From NCBI GenBank assembly GCA_013265495.1, contig MU058423.1:4944793-5008792 (forward strand): a stretch of 64,000 nucleotides of DNA, in the 5' to 3' direction. Source of the stretch: Vicugna vicugna. Its lineage: Eukaryota. Under the pieces are notes generated by a model. The model was not told the origin of the DNA, searched no databases, and saw only the letters and a program-made list of their open reading frames with translations. Shown piece after piece: positions 25,131 to 38,089 of the stretch (its first letter is position 1; the number at the start of each line of letters is the position of its first letter). A program made the position numbers and the translations under genes.

Positions 25131-26896
25131 ATAATGCACACATAAATTAAAGTCAAGGAAGTCATGCATTTGTGTACTTAAAGTGAAGCTCTGAATTTCC
25201 TGAAGTGTGCATAATCATCTAAATTTTAAAGTCTGCTATATAAAAATTGGCACAACTCTGCTGATAAAGTTCAAGTTGTTTCAGAAAGAAGAGAAAAATC
25301 ATCTTGTTTCATATAAGAAGGTTATTTATAGTTATGTTTTCTGTGAATTGAAGGTTCATAGAAAATTAGTGATATTGAGATCCTGTATATAGGTGAATTT
25401 CCTAGTGTTTATTTGATAATTTTGAAAGTCACTTTCTTTTAAATGCAAGGACCTCTGCTGAAACGATGGTGATGATGGTGATTTAAAATCATCATCTCCT
25501 CCAATTTTATTGACTCAATGAACTCTTTTGATTTTTTTACTATTCTGTACTTATGATAAAAAGATAAATGCTCCTTGCCCTTAAAGATCTCATAATCTGG
25601 TATATCAGTTTGACACACAACAAATATAAAAGATAAATGGGAGAGTATTAAAATAGAAATATAAATTCAGTTCTAAGGGAGCACGGTAGTATGAGAAAAC
25701 TTGTGCTAGAAAAGGATGTAGACTCAGAAGAGACTTCACTAAAGCTAGAATTTAACCTTATCATTTTCTCCCCAGAAGGTTTAAAACTCCAACTTGGCTT
25801 TATAGATGGTAGATGGTATTTGAATCTGGCAAGTTGGGCTCTAAAGTCCATTCTCTTTATATTCTCCTTGTCCCACTGCTCCCCAACCCCACAATAGAGT
25901 GACTCTTTCAAAGCTCATTCAGCTTCATAGAGAATTCATGTGGTGTATGATTGCCTTTTTATGTAATATATTTTCTGTGTTATTTCCTATATTTTCCCAT
26001 TTTGGCATTGAGTTAGCAACTCCATGAAAATGGGGCAGTTTAAGCCTGGTGAAAATGATGGAAATACGATGAAGAATGATAAGCACATAATATTTCCTAA
26101 TAAAAGAAAAGATTTTAACCACACATATGTCATAAAATTCAGATGAACAATAAATGCTTTATTTTTAATATATAACTTGATTATATTATAAAACAAGCCC
26201 TGTGCTATTAAATGGAAATGTGTTATATGAGCAACTATGAGGTTTATAAGATGAGATGATTACAAGGTGAATGAAAACTTTCTACCCAAGTTCAGCAAAA
26301 AATGTTATGAAGTTGAGATTCTCAGGCATATACATGATAGCAAGTTATTATTTAGAGAGCTAGACCGATACAAAGGGAAAGAGAATATTTGTACTTCAAA
26401 ATCCATTGTCACCAACCCACCCTATCCTCTCCTTCATCTCTTGAGAAAATTCCATCTTTTTCAGGCAAAGATTTATTTTGTGATTTCAAAAGTGCTGCAC
26501 AGAAAACCTTGGATAGTTTTACTAGGATAATAGAAAATTAACCAAAACTGGACTCTTACCAACTTCCAATTTCAATATTCTGCTTTTTGTTTTATTATAT
26601 GTTATTCACCAATTACTTGTTACTAAGTTGGTAAAAACCTTGAAGTTGGAGGAGTTATGATACCTAAGATGATCTTCTAGCTGGTTCTGACAAAAATCAA
26701 GAAGTATTTTGAAATGATAGACCCTTATACAAATGCAAAATTTCATTAAACTCATTATTTGAACAAATTAAGTAATTATTGAATCAATAGATGTAATTTA
26801 TAAAGTTGGTACCGTGGTCTGGGTCTATCTTTCTAAATGGTGTTGCCTTCTAAATCTGTATTTTGTTACATTTATTTCCACTTACTCTTTAAAAGA

Positions 26897-27252
26897 TGTG
26901 ATGGACTGAATATTTATGTCTTCCCTCCAAATTCATACATTGAACCTCTAGCCCAGCATGCAATGGTATTAGGAGGTAATTAGGATTAGACAGGACCGTG
27001 AGACCTGAACCCTCATGAATGGGGTTAGTGTTCTTGTAAGTCACGAGAGCTTGCATCCTTTACTCTGCCGTCCACTGTGTGAGGTATAAGAACATGGTAG
27101 TCTGCAACCCGCAAGAGGGCTCTCACCAGAACTCTACCGTGCTAGCACTGTGATCTTGGAATTCCAGCCTCCAGAACTGAGAGAAATCAATTTCTGATGT
27201 TTATAAGCCACTGAGTTTATAATATTTTGTTAGAGCAGCCCAAGCTAAGACA
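26897..27252 (+). mobile_element. MLT1A/MLT1A0-type MaLR solo LTR
   Basis: TGTGATGGACTGAAT...CAAATTCATAC...CCCTCATGAATGGGGTTAGTG...TTCCAGCCTCCAGAACTGAGAGAAAT...GCAGCCCAAGCTAAGACA, with TG...CA termini. Confidence 0.9.
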
Positions 27253-27559
27253 ATAACATTATCGTCAAAAGGGAAGAAACGTTTTCGTAAAGTTCAACGC
27301 ATTTTTGTTCAGATGTCCCTGTTGAAGAGTACAAGCCTTTGTCGTCATCTGGAAGCTGAATAAATGATGCTGTTCATGTTGCCTGTAATGCCTTTTCCTC
27401 CAGGCAAAATCTGTATTCCTTGAGGCACAGCTCACAGATTTCTACAACGTCAAGTCTTCTCCGCTTTCTCAGGGCAGATTGAGTTTCATCTCTTTCTTGG
27501 CTTCATCGCACTCTGGATCTTGGAGTATTACAATCAATCTATTTGGCTGAGTGGTGCTG

Positions 27560-27790
27560 TACCGGGGGAGGGAAAGCTCTGAAGGTCACAAAAACCTGAG
27601 TGCAAATCGCCAGCTGTACCGACTATTATGTGGGCATGCCCCTGCATCCTCCGGGGCTCACGTTCCGCAACGGGTAAAAGGGTACACATATCTACCCCAC
27701 GGAGGTAGTGAAGCTAAAAGAATCTGCTCTATACACCTGATCCAGCAGAGGCTGGCATGTTGCAGACGCTCAGTAAATGCCCTTTTCCCT
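27560..27790 (+). mobile_element. Diverged, GC-shifted MIR within L2-like remnants
   Basis: ACCTGAGTGCAAATCGCCAGCTGTACC...GCTCACGTTCCGCAACGGGTAAAAGGG...TCTACCCCACGGAGGTAGTGAAGCTAAAAGA is colinear with MIR. Confidence 0.55.
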
Positions 27791-28439
27791 CTATGTGTTT
27801 GTCTCTGGCACAGCTGTAAATGAATGCCTGCAGGACAGGGCATGCGATTTCTATGTAAGTTCAGCATCGGGCACTGCGCCTCACGTATGCTCAGTGCGTC
27901 TTAATTTTATATAAGAATAGAAGGTTCTCCTGGCAGATAACTTGGTAAGGTTTAGGGAGGATGTAGAGGTTCTTGTGGTAGCAGCATTTTTCTTAAAGGA
28001 GTTTGAACTAATTTTCCATTTTATTATTTGGGTAAATGAGGCAGCAAGGGATTCACCTAATGGAGCCTAATATCTCATTTCTGCTCGTTGTGCCCACCAG
28101 GCATCTCTCGTTTTTGTGGGCCCTGGAAAGGAACACTGGTGACAGTGACGCCCGGAAGCAGGGCCACCCTTCTCTCTGCCCGGCAGTAATCACTTTTCTC
28201 ATATCAATTTACTTTCAATTTAAAAGGACTGCTGAGGAACATTTTTTATCGTGAAAATACAAACTAAATCAGGCTTCAAACTTACTGTCAGCATTTTTTA
28301 AAAAATAAACATTCCGCTACTGATGAGAGAGTGGGCCCAGACTGCCCTACGGGACAGAGAGTAACAGATCTTATCTCCTTAGAGAAAGACAGGCCACCTC
28401 CAAAGAGAAGCCTTTTAAAGGATATTCACTTAGTTTTTA

Positions 28440-28620
28440 TCTGTAAAGTTTAGAACTAGAAGGCAACTTAGAGATCATGTATCTCGGATCGTTCCTTTTA
28501 CAGATAAAGTAGGATCCAGAGATGTCCCACAGCTTGCCCAGGGCGGCTGTGCAGTGGCCGTCAGAGGGACCCCCAAAACAGACATGCCTGGAGTCTCAGT
28601 TCAGTTATTCACCTACCAAA
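28440..28620 (-). mobile_element. MIR fragment
   Basis: TTAGAACTAGAAGGCAACTTAGAGATCAT...TTTTACAGATAAAG...CTTGCCCAGGG. Confidence 0.65.
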
Positions 28621-29189
28621 ACTGTTTCGACCGTTCCTAAGTTTCCACTACGGACTTAACAATGGAGCTTTGGTAAAATACTGTCATAGGTATGTATTTA
28701 GAATTTTGTCTTTCAAATACAGTTATTTCTCTCTCCCTCAGAAAACTTTCCTTCCTAATTACGTATTCATTGGGCTCATGCTGTAGGTGTGTCCTTATTT
28801 GCTGTGTGCACACACTGGCAGAATAGCAGGGTTGAGGCTCAAGAATGCACTATTTTTGGAAAGCCTGTATGGGATAAGCAATTGGTTCTGGAAAACCCAC
28901 AATTATGAGAAAACAGATAATTCACATGCTGATAATTGGTTGAATTGAATAAGAAAGAGAGAAAATGCATTTATGCCCAATTGGTATTCATGCTGTTTAA
29001 ACCTGTAGAAATCAATCTACAGGAAGAGTTATCGTTTTTAAAATAATGTTACTTTTAAAATCTGGGGTGGGGGGAACACCTGATATTAACGCCAACTCCC
29101 TTCTTTCTCAAACTGTAATTGCAGTGTTTCTTCTCAGCACATATTTTGGTCGCCTGCCTTGGGTTTCAGGTCATCTTCATGCTCTAAGA

Positions 29190-29360
29190 TTGGACTAATC
29201 AAAGTGTCCAAACACTAGCAGAATTCGTAACGCCAGGAGCGTGTTAGAAAGACATCGTCTGAGGCCCCAGCTCAGGGCTACCAGCCCAGAGCCTGCAGTT
29301 TTACAAGCTGCCAGGGCACGTGCAGGCATCTATCTTCACCCTTGGGAAGCACCGCTCTAG
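29190..29360. mobile_element. MER5A-type hAT MITE
   Basis: TCAAAGTGTCC...GAGCGTGTTAGAAA...CTGCAGTTTTACAAGCTGCCAGG...TTGGGAAGCACCGCTCTAG. Confidence 0.65.
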
Positions 29361-29597
29361 GAGACCGCACACATTCTTCCTATCCCCAGCATTCCCAGTC
29401 TCCCTCTCTCACTGATAAAAGGAACTACTATTTTAACTGAGCCATATCTAAGGTTTTGAGGACACTTCAAACGTCGGGAGCAGAAGTAACCCTTCAGGGA
29501 AAAACAAAAATGAAAACAAAATCAAGTAGTGTTTTCTGATTTCCTCCCTGTGCCCCACCCCTTATGTCCGTATAGTTGGTCCGTATAGTGAGTTACA

Positions 29598-29616
29598 AAC
29601 ACACACACACACACAC
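29598..29616. repeat. (AC)n microsatellite
   Basis: About 9 AC units. Confidence 0.85.
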
Positions 29617-31795
29617 CAGTGGCACTGAACTTGTTATTTCTCTCAGTCCCCTTCCTGCCTTTCATTTGGTGCATGAAAAACGTCAAACGTGGTTACCGCG
29701 TGCTCTGCTTTCTTGTTTAAACCTGGGCTTTGCCCGTATGGATGTGGCAGTTCTTCCACCACCATTAAATTGACCTGGAGGCCCTCACCTTCACGTGGGA
29801 AGCGAAGTGCAGGAGGCTGAGTATAGAGGCCGGTAGCATGGACTGAAAGCGAGGAAAACCTCATTAAGACAAATATTTATTTTTGTCTGTAAGGCTCACT
29901 CTTAGGCTCTAGAGTGTTCAGTCTTTATACTGTTCTAACAGGAATCCTTGCATGTGTTTTAAACTTCAGACAATAAATGCCCACCTTTCACTGGGGTCAC
30001 AGGATAGTGCTCTCTGTTGCCATGAAACATACAGATTCTAGTTTATCCATATTAACCGTCTGAAAGTGCTGATCGTTATCACAAGAGTCATGAGATCCCT
30101 GGAGAATCTTCACTCACTTTAGAAAATGGACCATTAAAAGAAACTTATTTAAAAGAAAGAAAGAAAACTACATCGCCCTTCTAATGCTGCTGTTTAACGT
30201 GACTTGTGTCATTTACTGTCCGTCCCAGATAATTGTTATTGGTGAACTCTGATCAACTCCTTCCTTTTGGACCCACTACTTTCTAGCTATGTGATGCATA
30301 GCAAATTATCTAAATGTTCTGTTTCAAAGTTTTCCTTATCTGGACAACACATGCACACTATCAAATTTCATATACATGTTATTTTAGTAATTGTTAAAAT
30401 ATTTATATATATACACATCTATGATTAAAGACATCCAAAGTAAGAGTAAGTTATAGATCATAACTAAAAATTGTAATGTAACTTAATAAACCTTTCTTGC
30501 CCCTGATTACCCTAATTTTTAAACTCTCTGCTTGTGACACTGGTATTACACTTCAGACAGTTTTATTCACTTGTGAGAATCTTTCCTGCTTTTTGTAGAC
30601 ATGCAGGCCAAGAAGGTGCTGATGATTTAATTAAGTGCATTGCCTTTTGAAGAGAGTTAAAAACCAAGTTGTTTTAAATTCAATCAATTCTAAGCCATTC
30701 CTCCATGTTAGATTGTCTTTTTTTGGAAAAAATTATAGCCAACAAGCTTCTTGCACTTTTCACATCCTTAAAATATGATGAAGTTTTATAATTCCTTCTA
30801 CCTTAATTATATGCTGTGCAATTATCAGCTTTCTTTAGGGGCTTATTCACATACACGGATATAATGCAGATGCAAAATTATCTCACTGGTAGAGTTTATG
30901 ACTCATCTTTTATCTTCACTAGTGACTGAGTATCTCTAAGACAACAGAAGAGAGACCCCGTCACTTCTAATTGTCTTAGTGCCTTCCTCACACTAATGCT
31001 TAGCATCTTAGGAAAAGCAGAACTACATTTACGAAAATAGCTACAAGTTCCTCTGGTAGATTCTAAACTTTTTTTGTAAAATAGAAAAGCCCTTTTTTAT
31101 TTATTTAAAATCCAAACATCACATACAAAAGACCCAACACAAAGTATGCATTTCGTGAGTATTTGATTCAATAACTGATGAATAATCAAGTCCTGGTAGT
31201 GCAACCCAAAGAAATAACTCCACCAGAAAAAACCCAAATTAGCTCCAAAGAGGATATATGGCCATTAATATGACCTCCAGCTTGAGTCTCCATCACAGTG
31301 ACCTGATGAGATCATTGATTAATTCCCACAATTTGATGATACTGCCTTTGTGGTTGCTGACATATGTCTTTTTAAACAGCAGAAAGCAAATCCATTGGTT
31401 AGCATCTATTTTTATCTAAATCAGCTTCTCAGGTATCATGTAACAGAAGAAAATATTCAAGAATTGATTTATGTGTAATTTTGAGGTAATTTCCTTGTTG
31501 CAGTCTTTAAATAGAAGTGATTCCCAATGTCTGGGTACTGGATTTCCATTAGGACAATGCAAATAACTCTAATTCAGCACTGAAAATTGTGAGCTTAGTA
31601 TATTGACTAATGCTTGCAAAAAAATTGCGATTTGCTTCTCTGTGATAGAAACATTTGTAATGTTCAACGACAATTTAAATAAATTTTAAATTCTCTTATT
31701 TTGTTGGCGGTACACACACATGTCCGCCTGTGTGTATAATTAATATAATAAAAATCATGTTCTCCTTTTTTCGGTCACACAATATATGCAAAGAA

Positions 31796-31970
31796 CAGAG
31801 CTTTTCAGCCCTGGCTTTACGTTGGAATCACCTGAGAAGTTTAAAAAATATTGATTACTGAATCCCAAGTCAAGAAATACTGCTTTGGTTAGGCGAGGAT
31901 GTGTTTTGGACACCTGGATTTTAAAACCTTCCAGATGATTCTAACATGCAGCCAAGGTTGAGAATCATGG
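31796..31970. mobile_element. MER5A/MER5B-type hAT MITE
   Basis: TTGGAATCACCTGAGAAGTTTAAAAAATA...CCAGATGATTCTAACATGCAGCCAAGGTTGAGAATCA. Confidence 0.85.
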
Positions 31971-32788
31971 CTTCACTACATTACACCTTTAAACATTTCT
32001 ACGTTATGGTTGGGAGCTGAATTAAATAGTGTTAGTGGTAGAAATAGAAAGACATTTGGATTCATAGGAATCCCAAATTTAGAAAGACACTTAGGTGCGC
32101 ACTTTACTCCTGGGAAGGTTTTAAAACACAAAGAGCCGTAATAGTGGCAATTTCACACTCACAGTTTAATTGAAATGCCAGACATGATCACGGCTGGATC
32201 TAAAAAGCTATGTGTGAGGCCGCTTATTTTCAGAATCAGATAACCCTGTCAGTTTTCCTAACACCGCCTGATGTTTGTCATGTGGTTAATGATAATAGGT
32301 GTGTGTTGGGGAGAATAAGGGTTTACTTGACTGAGGCATTCTCCACAGGCTGGCGTCGCAGAGAGAGCCGATCTCCTGCAAGGCACTCTGAGCCCTGAAA
32401 TCTGCTCCGAGGAAACTGGTCAGATGCTCAAGGCAATTAAACCAGGTAGAGCGCTGAGGCTGCAGGTCAGGGCTGGGAGCCCCTGGTTGCCCAGGTCTTC
32501 AAGTTGCAACTGCAGGTCTTTGATCCCAGCCCAGATCACAAAGGGTACACGAGTGGTACTTCCTCCACTGGAGGTGCGATCACAGGACTTTAACCCCAGC
32601 CCCTGATCATGTCAGAGGAAGGTTGACATGTCCCCAAACACGCAGACCCCAAACCTCACATCCTAGAGGTTGAGGTCCCTCTTCTGGAGTTTAACTAATA
32701 GCTAGATTTTGAAGCCCGAGACTGTCGTAGGGAATATAAGAGTAAACAAGCGCTATGCTTGCCTTCTGCAGCTTACGTTTTAATAGGG

Positions 32789-32818
32789 GTGTGTGTGTGT
32801 GTCTATGTGTGTGTGTGT
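32789..32818. repeat. Interrupted (GT)n microsatellite
   Basis: GTGTGTGTGTGTGTCTATGTGTGTGTGTGT. Confidence 0.9.
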
Positions 32819-32869
32819 TCATGAAAAACTCCTCCCAGGTAGCCTGTGTTTGGCTGTCTGTTTTTGGGA

Positions 32870-33010
32870 GGCGGTATGGTAGAACAAGTATTTACTTGCC
32901 TGGGAGTCCAAAAACCTAGGGCTGTGATGTAAATCTGTAGCATATTTCACAGACCATTAGCATGGGTTCTCGCGTTCTCAGTTTCCTCCTCTATTAATTC
33001 AAAGTTAGCA
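32870..33010 (+). mobile_element. MIR fragment
   Basis: GGCGGTATGGTAGAAC...CTGGGAGTCCAAAAACCTAGG...CTCAGTTTCCTCCTCTAT. Confidence 0.65.
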
Positions 33011-34103
33011 AGATGATGAATAAAGTCTGTCCTTCCTTTAGAGGCTGACAGCTCCACCCAGGGTCTTTCTCGGGTGTGATGGCACCAGCTGGAGCTGGCT
33101 GGCCCAGAGTTTCATTTGCCTGGTTGGCCTGGATAGAGGAACAGCTCTTCCTTTGGTCACTGTTACCTTGTTAATCGAGAAGTTCAGTGAGGAATCAGGA
33201 GGGCACTAGGAAGCATGAAGGAAGTAGGGGAAGGGCAGGTTCTGTCACTGGCCTTGAGTGCAAGGCTCTTTTCTCCTTGAAGTGGTGACAGTCTAGGTTC
33301 AAAGCTGAGCTCCTCCTGAGGGTCTGGCTTGCGGGAGTGACAGCAAAATGACACCAGAGCAAATCTAGCATCTTTGTGAACCTTTTCATTTTCTCTTCAT
33401 CTCCTAGGCATCACAAAATGGACAACTGGAAAGTTTTTACTTTATCCCTAATAATGGCTGGGAGTACTACATAATCAATACATTGTACAAAGAAAATAAT
33501 TGTTTTTGTTTTAAGAAAAAGACCTTGGTCAAACTAGTAATTTTATTTTGTAAACCAAGTTTTGCCTTCTTCCCAGGCAAATGTATATACTTAAGAATTA
33601 AAATCAGAAGGTAATGTTTTAATTTTTTTTAAGATTATGGCCTTTAAAAATAATGAAAATAGATCTGAACCTTTAGTCCTGCATTAATTAATTGGGATAA
33701 TTTTAAACACACGAATTTCTCTCATAAGCTTTCATTTTTCTTTGGCAAAACCTACTTAATATTTTCCTCATAGTATATTTTGGGTACCAAATGGGAAACA
33801 GAAGGCAAAACACTTAGCACGGGGCCTGGGATGTAGTGAAATATCAATGATTAAAATTATGTAATTTGATATTTTATTAACTATTATATACATATGGTCT
33901 ATACACTTGGTGAAGGGTAAGAGATGTAAATTCGCCACAAAAACTGTTTCCTTCTAAGATGTAGTCTTACTTATTTCTCGCTTTTCTACTGACTGGGAGA
34001 AGCAGACTTGTATAGTAGGAAGATCCTGGTAGCAGGGGAAAAGCTGGCTGGGGATGGGAGGAGACGCTGCTGTGTAAGAAGCTATGTTCCATCCTGCTCT
34101 GGC

Positions 34104-34385
34104 AGATACCATGTCATTCGACTGAGACCCACAAGCTGGAGCCTCATTTTTAAGAGGAAATAAGACACACATTTGGTGAGACTACCTATAATTTTTAAGA
34201 TACCATGTCATTCGACTGAGACCCACAAGCTGGAGCCTCATTTTTAAGAGGAAATAAGACACACATTTGGTGAGACTACCTATAATTTTTAAGATACCAT
34301 GTCATTCGACTGAGACCCACAAGCTGGAGCCTCATTTTTAAGAGGAAATAAGACACACATTTGGTGAGACTACCTATAATTTTTA
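34104..34385. repeat. Perfect tandem repeat, 3 x 94 bp
   Basis: Unit AGATACCATGTCATTCGACTGAGACCCACAAGCTGGAGCCTCATTTTTAAGAGGAAATAAGACACACATTTGGTGAGACTACCTATAATTTTTA starts at 34104, 34198 and 34292. No mismatches seen. Confidence 0.97.
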
Positions 34386-37300
34386 GTGGAAAGACATGTT
34401 GTTAATTACCGGATCCCCTTCTCCTCATCCAAATCATAAGCATCAGCTAAGGAGCCAAAATGTTGTGAAAGGAACGTTTGAAGACACAGTAGATTTCAAG
34501 CATGCAAATTACGACCACCCGAATGCCTCCTTACAGGAGTCCAATGAGGGAGGGGCGTGCCGGCAGAAGGAAATGTCGGGTAAGCATCAGTTGTTCTCAG
34601 GTGTGACTGATGCTTGGGTGCAGGCCAGGGGCGCTTGAGGAAGAGGGGAGCAAGGCAGCTGGACCAGACAAGATCGTCAGTGGTGGGGGACCTGAATGGA
34701 CCCTGCAAGCACATGGCCACCATTTCTTCATACAAGGCTCAGAAAGTCTATGAAAGGCTTGGCTCAGGCTTACCCTGAATTCCTAGGAAGGTCCTTGAAG
34801 CCAGTCACATGCTAGTGCTGATGTGGTTTTCATCTGGACATTCTAGCCTTTTGTCCCCATTCAGCAGTCAGGGCAACAGGATGCTCCGTCAGAATGCCAC
34901 ATCCCTTCGCTGCCCGGGACATCTCATCTTCCCACCTCTTTCCAGCCATGAGTTAGCAAGCTCCCCAGACACAGGCAGTCAAAATGTGAGAGGTTCAAAG
35001 TGACCCCAGTCACTTTAAGGCCGTCCAAGATAATACCTAAAAGAGTAACGGGTAGACCCTCAAATCAGACAAACACAGTGTCAAAACCAGGCACGCCGAG
35101 GACCGTCCCAAATACTTTCTACTGGTGGGGCTGGGGTGCCGAGAGATCGTCTGAGGCCACCCAGGACTGAGGGCCACCGCAGGAGGGCCTGTTCTTTTTC
35201 TAACGGACATGAACTGGGGACTAGTTCAAGCGAGACAATTCTGAGCTATGTTGAGCATGCTTACACCTCTGCTTTATTTCACTATGCCTTTAGTCATCTT
35301 TAGTCTCAGGTTTTGCCGACTAGGTGTTATAGCATCAATTCAATAAATATTTTTCAAGTGCTTACTAGGTGCCAGGCACAGAAGTTGTATTACTTATTAG
35401 CTCTTGCTTGCACTGTAGTATTACACACGTTTTTAGATCTTGGAGGAAATAGAAAACCGTAGAGTTTCCCGTCTCCCAACTTACCTTCACATTACAATAG
35501 TTACTTTATATAGCAAACAATGGGCAAATATCAGGAAAATTGTGAAAACAGCAATACATCGTTCCTTTATATACTCCATTTATTTATTCAATTATTTCTT
35601 CAAAAAAATCTATTCTAGTCTTAAATATGTCCTAAATACTTATAATAAACATTTGTAAAAAACATGAAAAGTTATGGAAACACTAGCATTAAACCTCAGT
35701 AAGCCAAGAATTTCTAACATGAATCAAGGCCCTGAATCTTTGAATGACTTGCCCTAAATCTATTGATTAGAATTAATTTTCTTTTTTACAACTTTTCTGA
35801 CTGATGTGGCTTAGTAAATCAGCTAAATCATTAAAGTTCATTTGGCATTTTATTTAGCTCCTTTTGGGGAAATCTTTTTATAACATGGACTTTTATCCAG
35901 GTTCCTTTCTGAAACCTATTCTTGGTTATTGTTTTAATTATGGGAAGAATTTTTGTTTGCTGTTTTTGTTTTTTACTAAGAAGCTTGGAGCCATCAGAGA
36001 TGCTCAATTTCTGTCCCTGAAATCAGACGTAGTCAAAAACAAAGATTCAGCAGTACATGCTGGTTCTACTGTTACAGGACAGTTGTAAATTAGTATTTGA
36101 CTAGAGAATGGCCCGAATGTCATGGGGGTATTATTCCTGCGTAATAGAAGTAAATGTACCTTGAAGCTAATTTAAATTCTCCCTCACCCCTGTCATCACT
36201 CCAGAGACAGTCGGGAATAGCTCTTAGCAAAATAAAACGGCTTTGGAGCCTGAGAATAACTTGAGAGCTGAGTGGCTGCTGAAGACTAATGATTTATATA
36301 CACAGTAAAATTACCTACCTGGGGCTATTAAGATAGAAAAGGAAAATGGAACATGACTGTTATCATTACTTTATTATTGTACATTTATATTTTTCAACTT
36401 GAACAGAAGAGTGCATAAAGCCAAATCAGCTGAACGGAACGCCCATTCTTTCTCCCACCAAGGGTAAAGGGAATTAGCTTTTATTTCCGGCTAAATACTT
36501 GTCTGTCTTACTGACGCCCTGAACATATAGCATTTTTATCTCAGTCTCACTAACAGGCAGGAGATATATTGTAACTCATGTTGTCAACAGTTTTAAGATC
36601 TTCTATAATCTAGTCCTTTGAAATTGGGTAGATAGATTAGATAATTGGACGGCTCTGCTCAAAAGTTTCACAATTTTTAAAAAGCCATCTCTTAATATGT
36701 TAGTGAAAATAAGACATGAATTCACAGTTGCCAATGTAAGAAAGGGGCCATGGGTCCCCTGAATGTGGGGAGAGAATAAAAACGCTTGAATTAAACATAC
36801 ACAATGTATGCAGAGCCAGAATGAAGGCTTCTTTTCTCCCTTCTCTTCCACGGTGAGGCTGGAGACTACTGAGCTCCCCTTTCACCGGCACGGAGGGTGG
36901 GGAGGGTCGCTCTCACTCTGCATGTTCCAGCACCGCAAGTGAGGCAGGTACATAAACCCATCGGATTTACTCATAAATATCAGGTCAGTTAATTAGTGGA
37001 TTCTGAATGACACGTGATAACTGCTCAGATGGAAAAAAATGAGGATGTGGTTGAATAGAGGAAACAGAAAGTTAGCAAACACAGAGTACCTGGGAGCGCT
37101 GGCTCAGCCCCAGACTTTCTCTGTGACTTAATGGGTCTGAGCCACAGGTCCTCCAGATGTAATCTGGAAAAGTAGACAATGATGCCTCTCTTACTAATTT
37201 TATGCCATTTTGGGGGGAGGGGGAGGATATTGTCTGTTGTCTATTAAGAAAAGCCTCAAAATCCCTATTATTGTGGGACTTTTAAAACTTTTCCCCCTCG

Positions 37301-37799
37301 TGTTTGTACTACTCCAGTAGCAACAGGGTTTCCTACGTGGAACAACTAGTCTGTTACATTGTTGTTTTCAGTTTACGGTCAGAGGGAGACCCACAACTGG
37401 TGCTACTTAGACAGCAACTTGAATTTTCTCTTTTTGAAGTGAGTCTCAGATACTGGATACTTTGAAGGAAAGTTGCTTCATAACTTTTAGGAAGTTAATA
37501 TCTCATGTCATAAGGATAAACATCCATTTTCTTTTACCTTTTCATTTTTCTTTCTGCTTGGAGTAAATGGAATAGATTTTCTGAGAAGAAAATTTTCCAA
37601 GAAGAAATTTCTTTAGACTTACACTTAAAATTTGCTAGGTAAACCCCCAATTTTATCAAAGAACCAGTGGAGGATATAAAATAACATAACATTTCCAAAT
37701 TCAGATGATTCTTATAACACAATATAAATATAGGCTTTGAGACATTTTTAAGACTTTACCTGAAGACACAAATATTAACTTTTTACATATTTCTATGAT

Positions 37800-37862
37800 G
37801 AAGATACACATACACATACATACAAATACATACATACACACATGCTTATATACACATACATT
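37800..37862. repeat. (CA)/(TACA) low-complexity tract
   Basis: ATACACATACACATACATACAAATACATACATACACACAT. Confidence 0.8.
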
Positions 37863-38089
37863 ATTTTAATTTCCAAATTTTTATTAGTTTGAAATTGAAC
37901 ATAATTTACCTTTTGATTATCTGCTCTGTAACTTGGCTTCACTATTTTGACATTTGCAACTGCAATATGCAAAACACACATAAACATTTAAGGCCCTTTT
38001 CTAAGAAGATAAAAATCCAGGCTAAATTTTTGTGTGGCTACTGAGTTGATCTGAAACAACAGGGCCTTTGGAATCAGATTCTACATCTA

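Noticed and set aside
27318..27370. Possible terminal exon (TTTTGTTCAG|ATGTCC...TGAATAAA)
   Set aside because: Very short, no upstream exon support, and compatible with chance.
34104..34385. CRISPR-like array
   Set aside because: The units are identical and contiguous with no variable spacers; the context is mammalian and has no cas genes.
34620..34636. CTCF site (GGCCAGGGGCGCT); also AGAGGGGGCG at ~62025
   Set aside because: Each mismatches key positions of the CTCF core motif.
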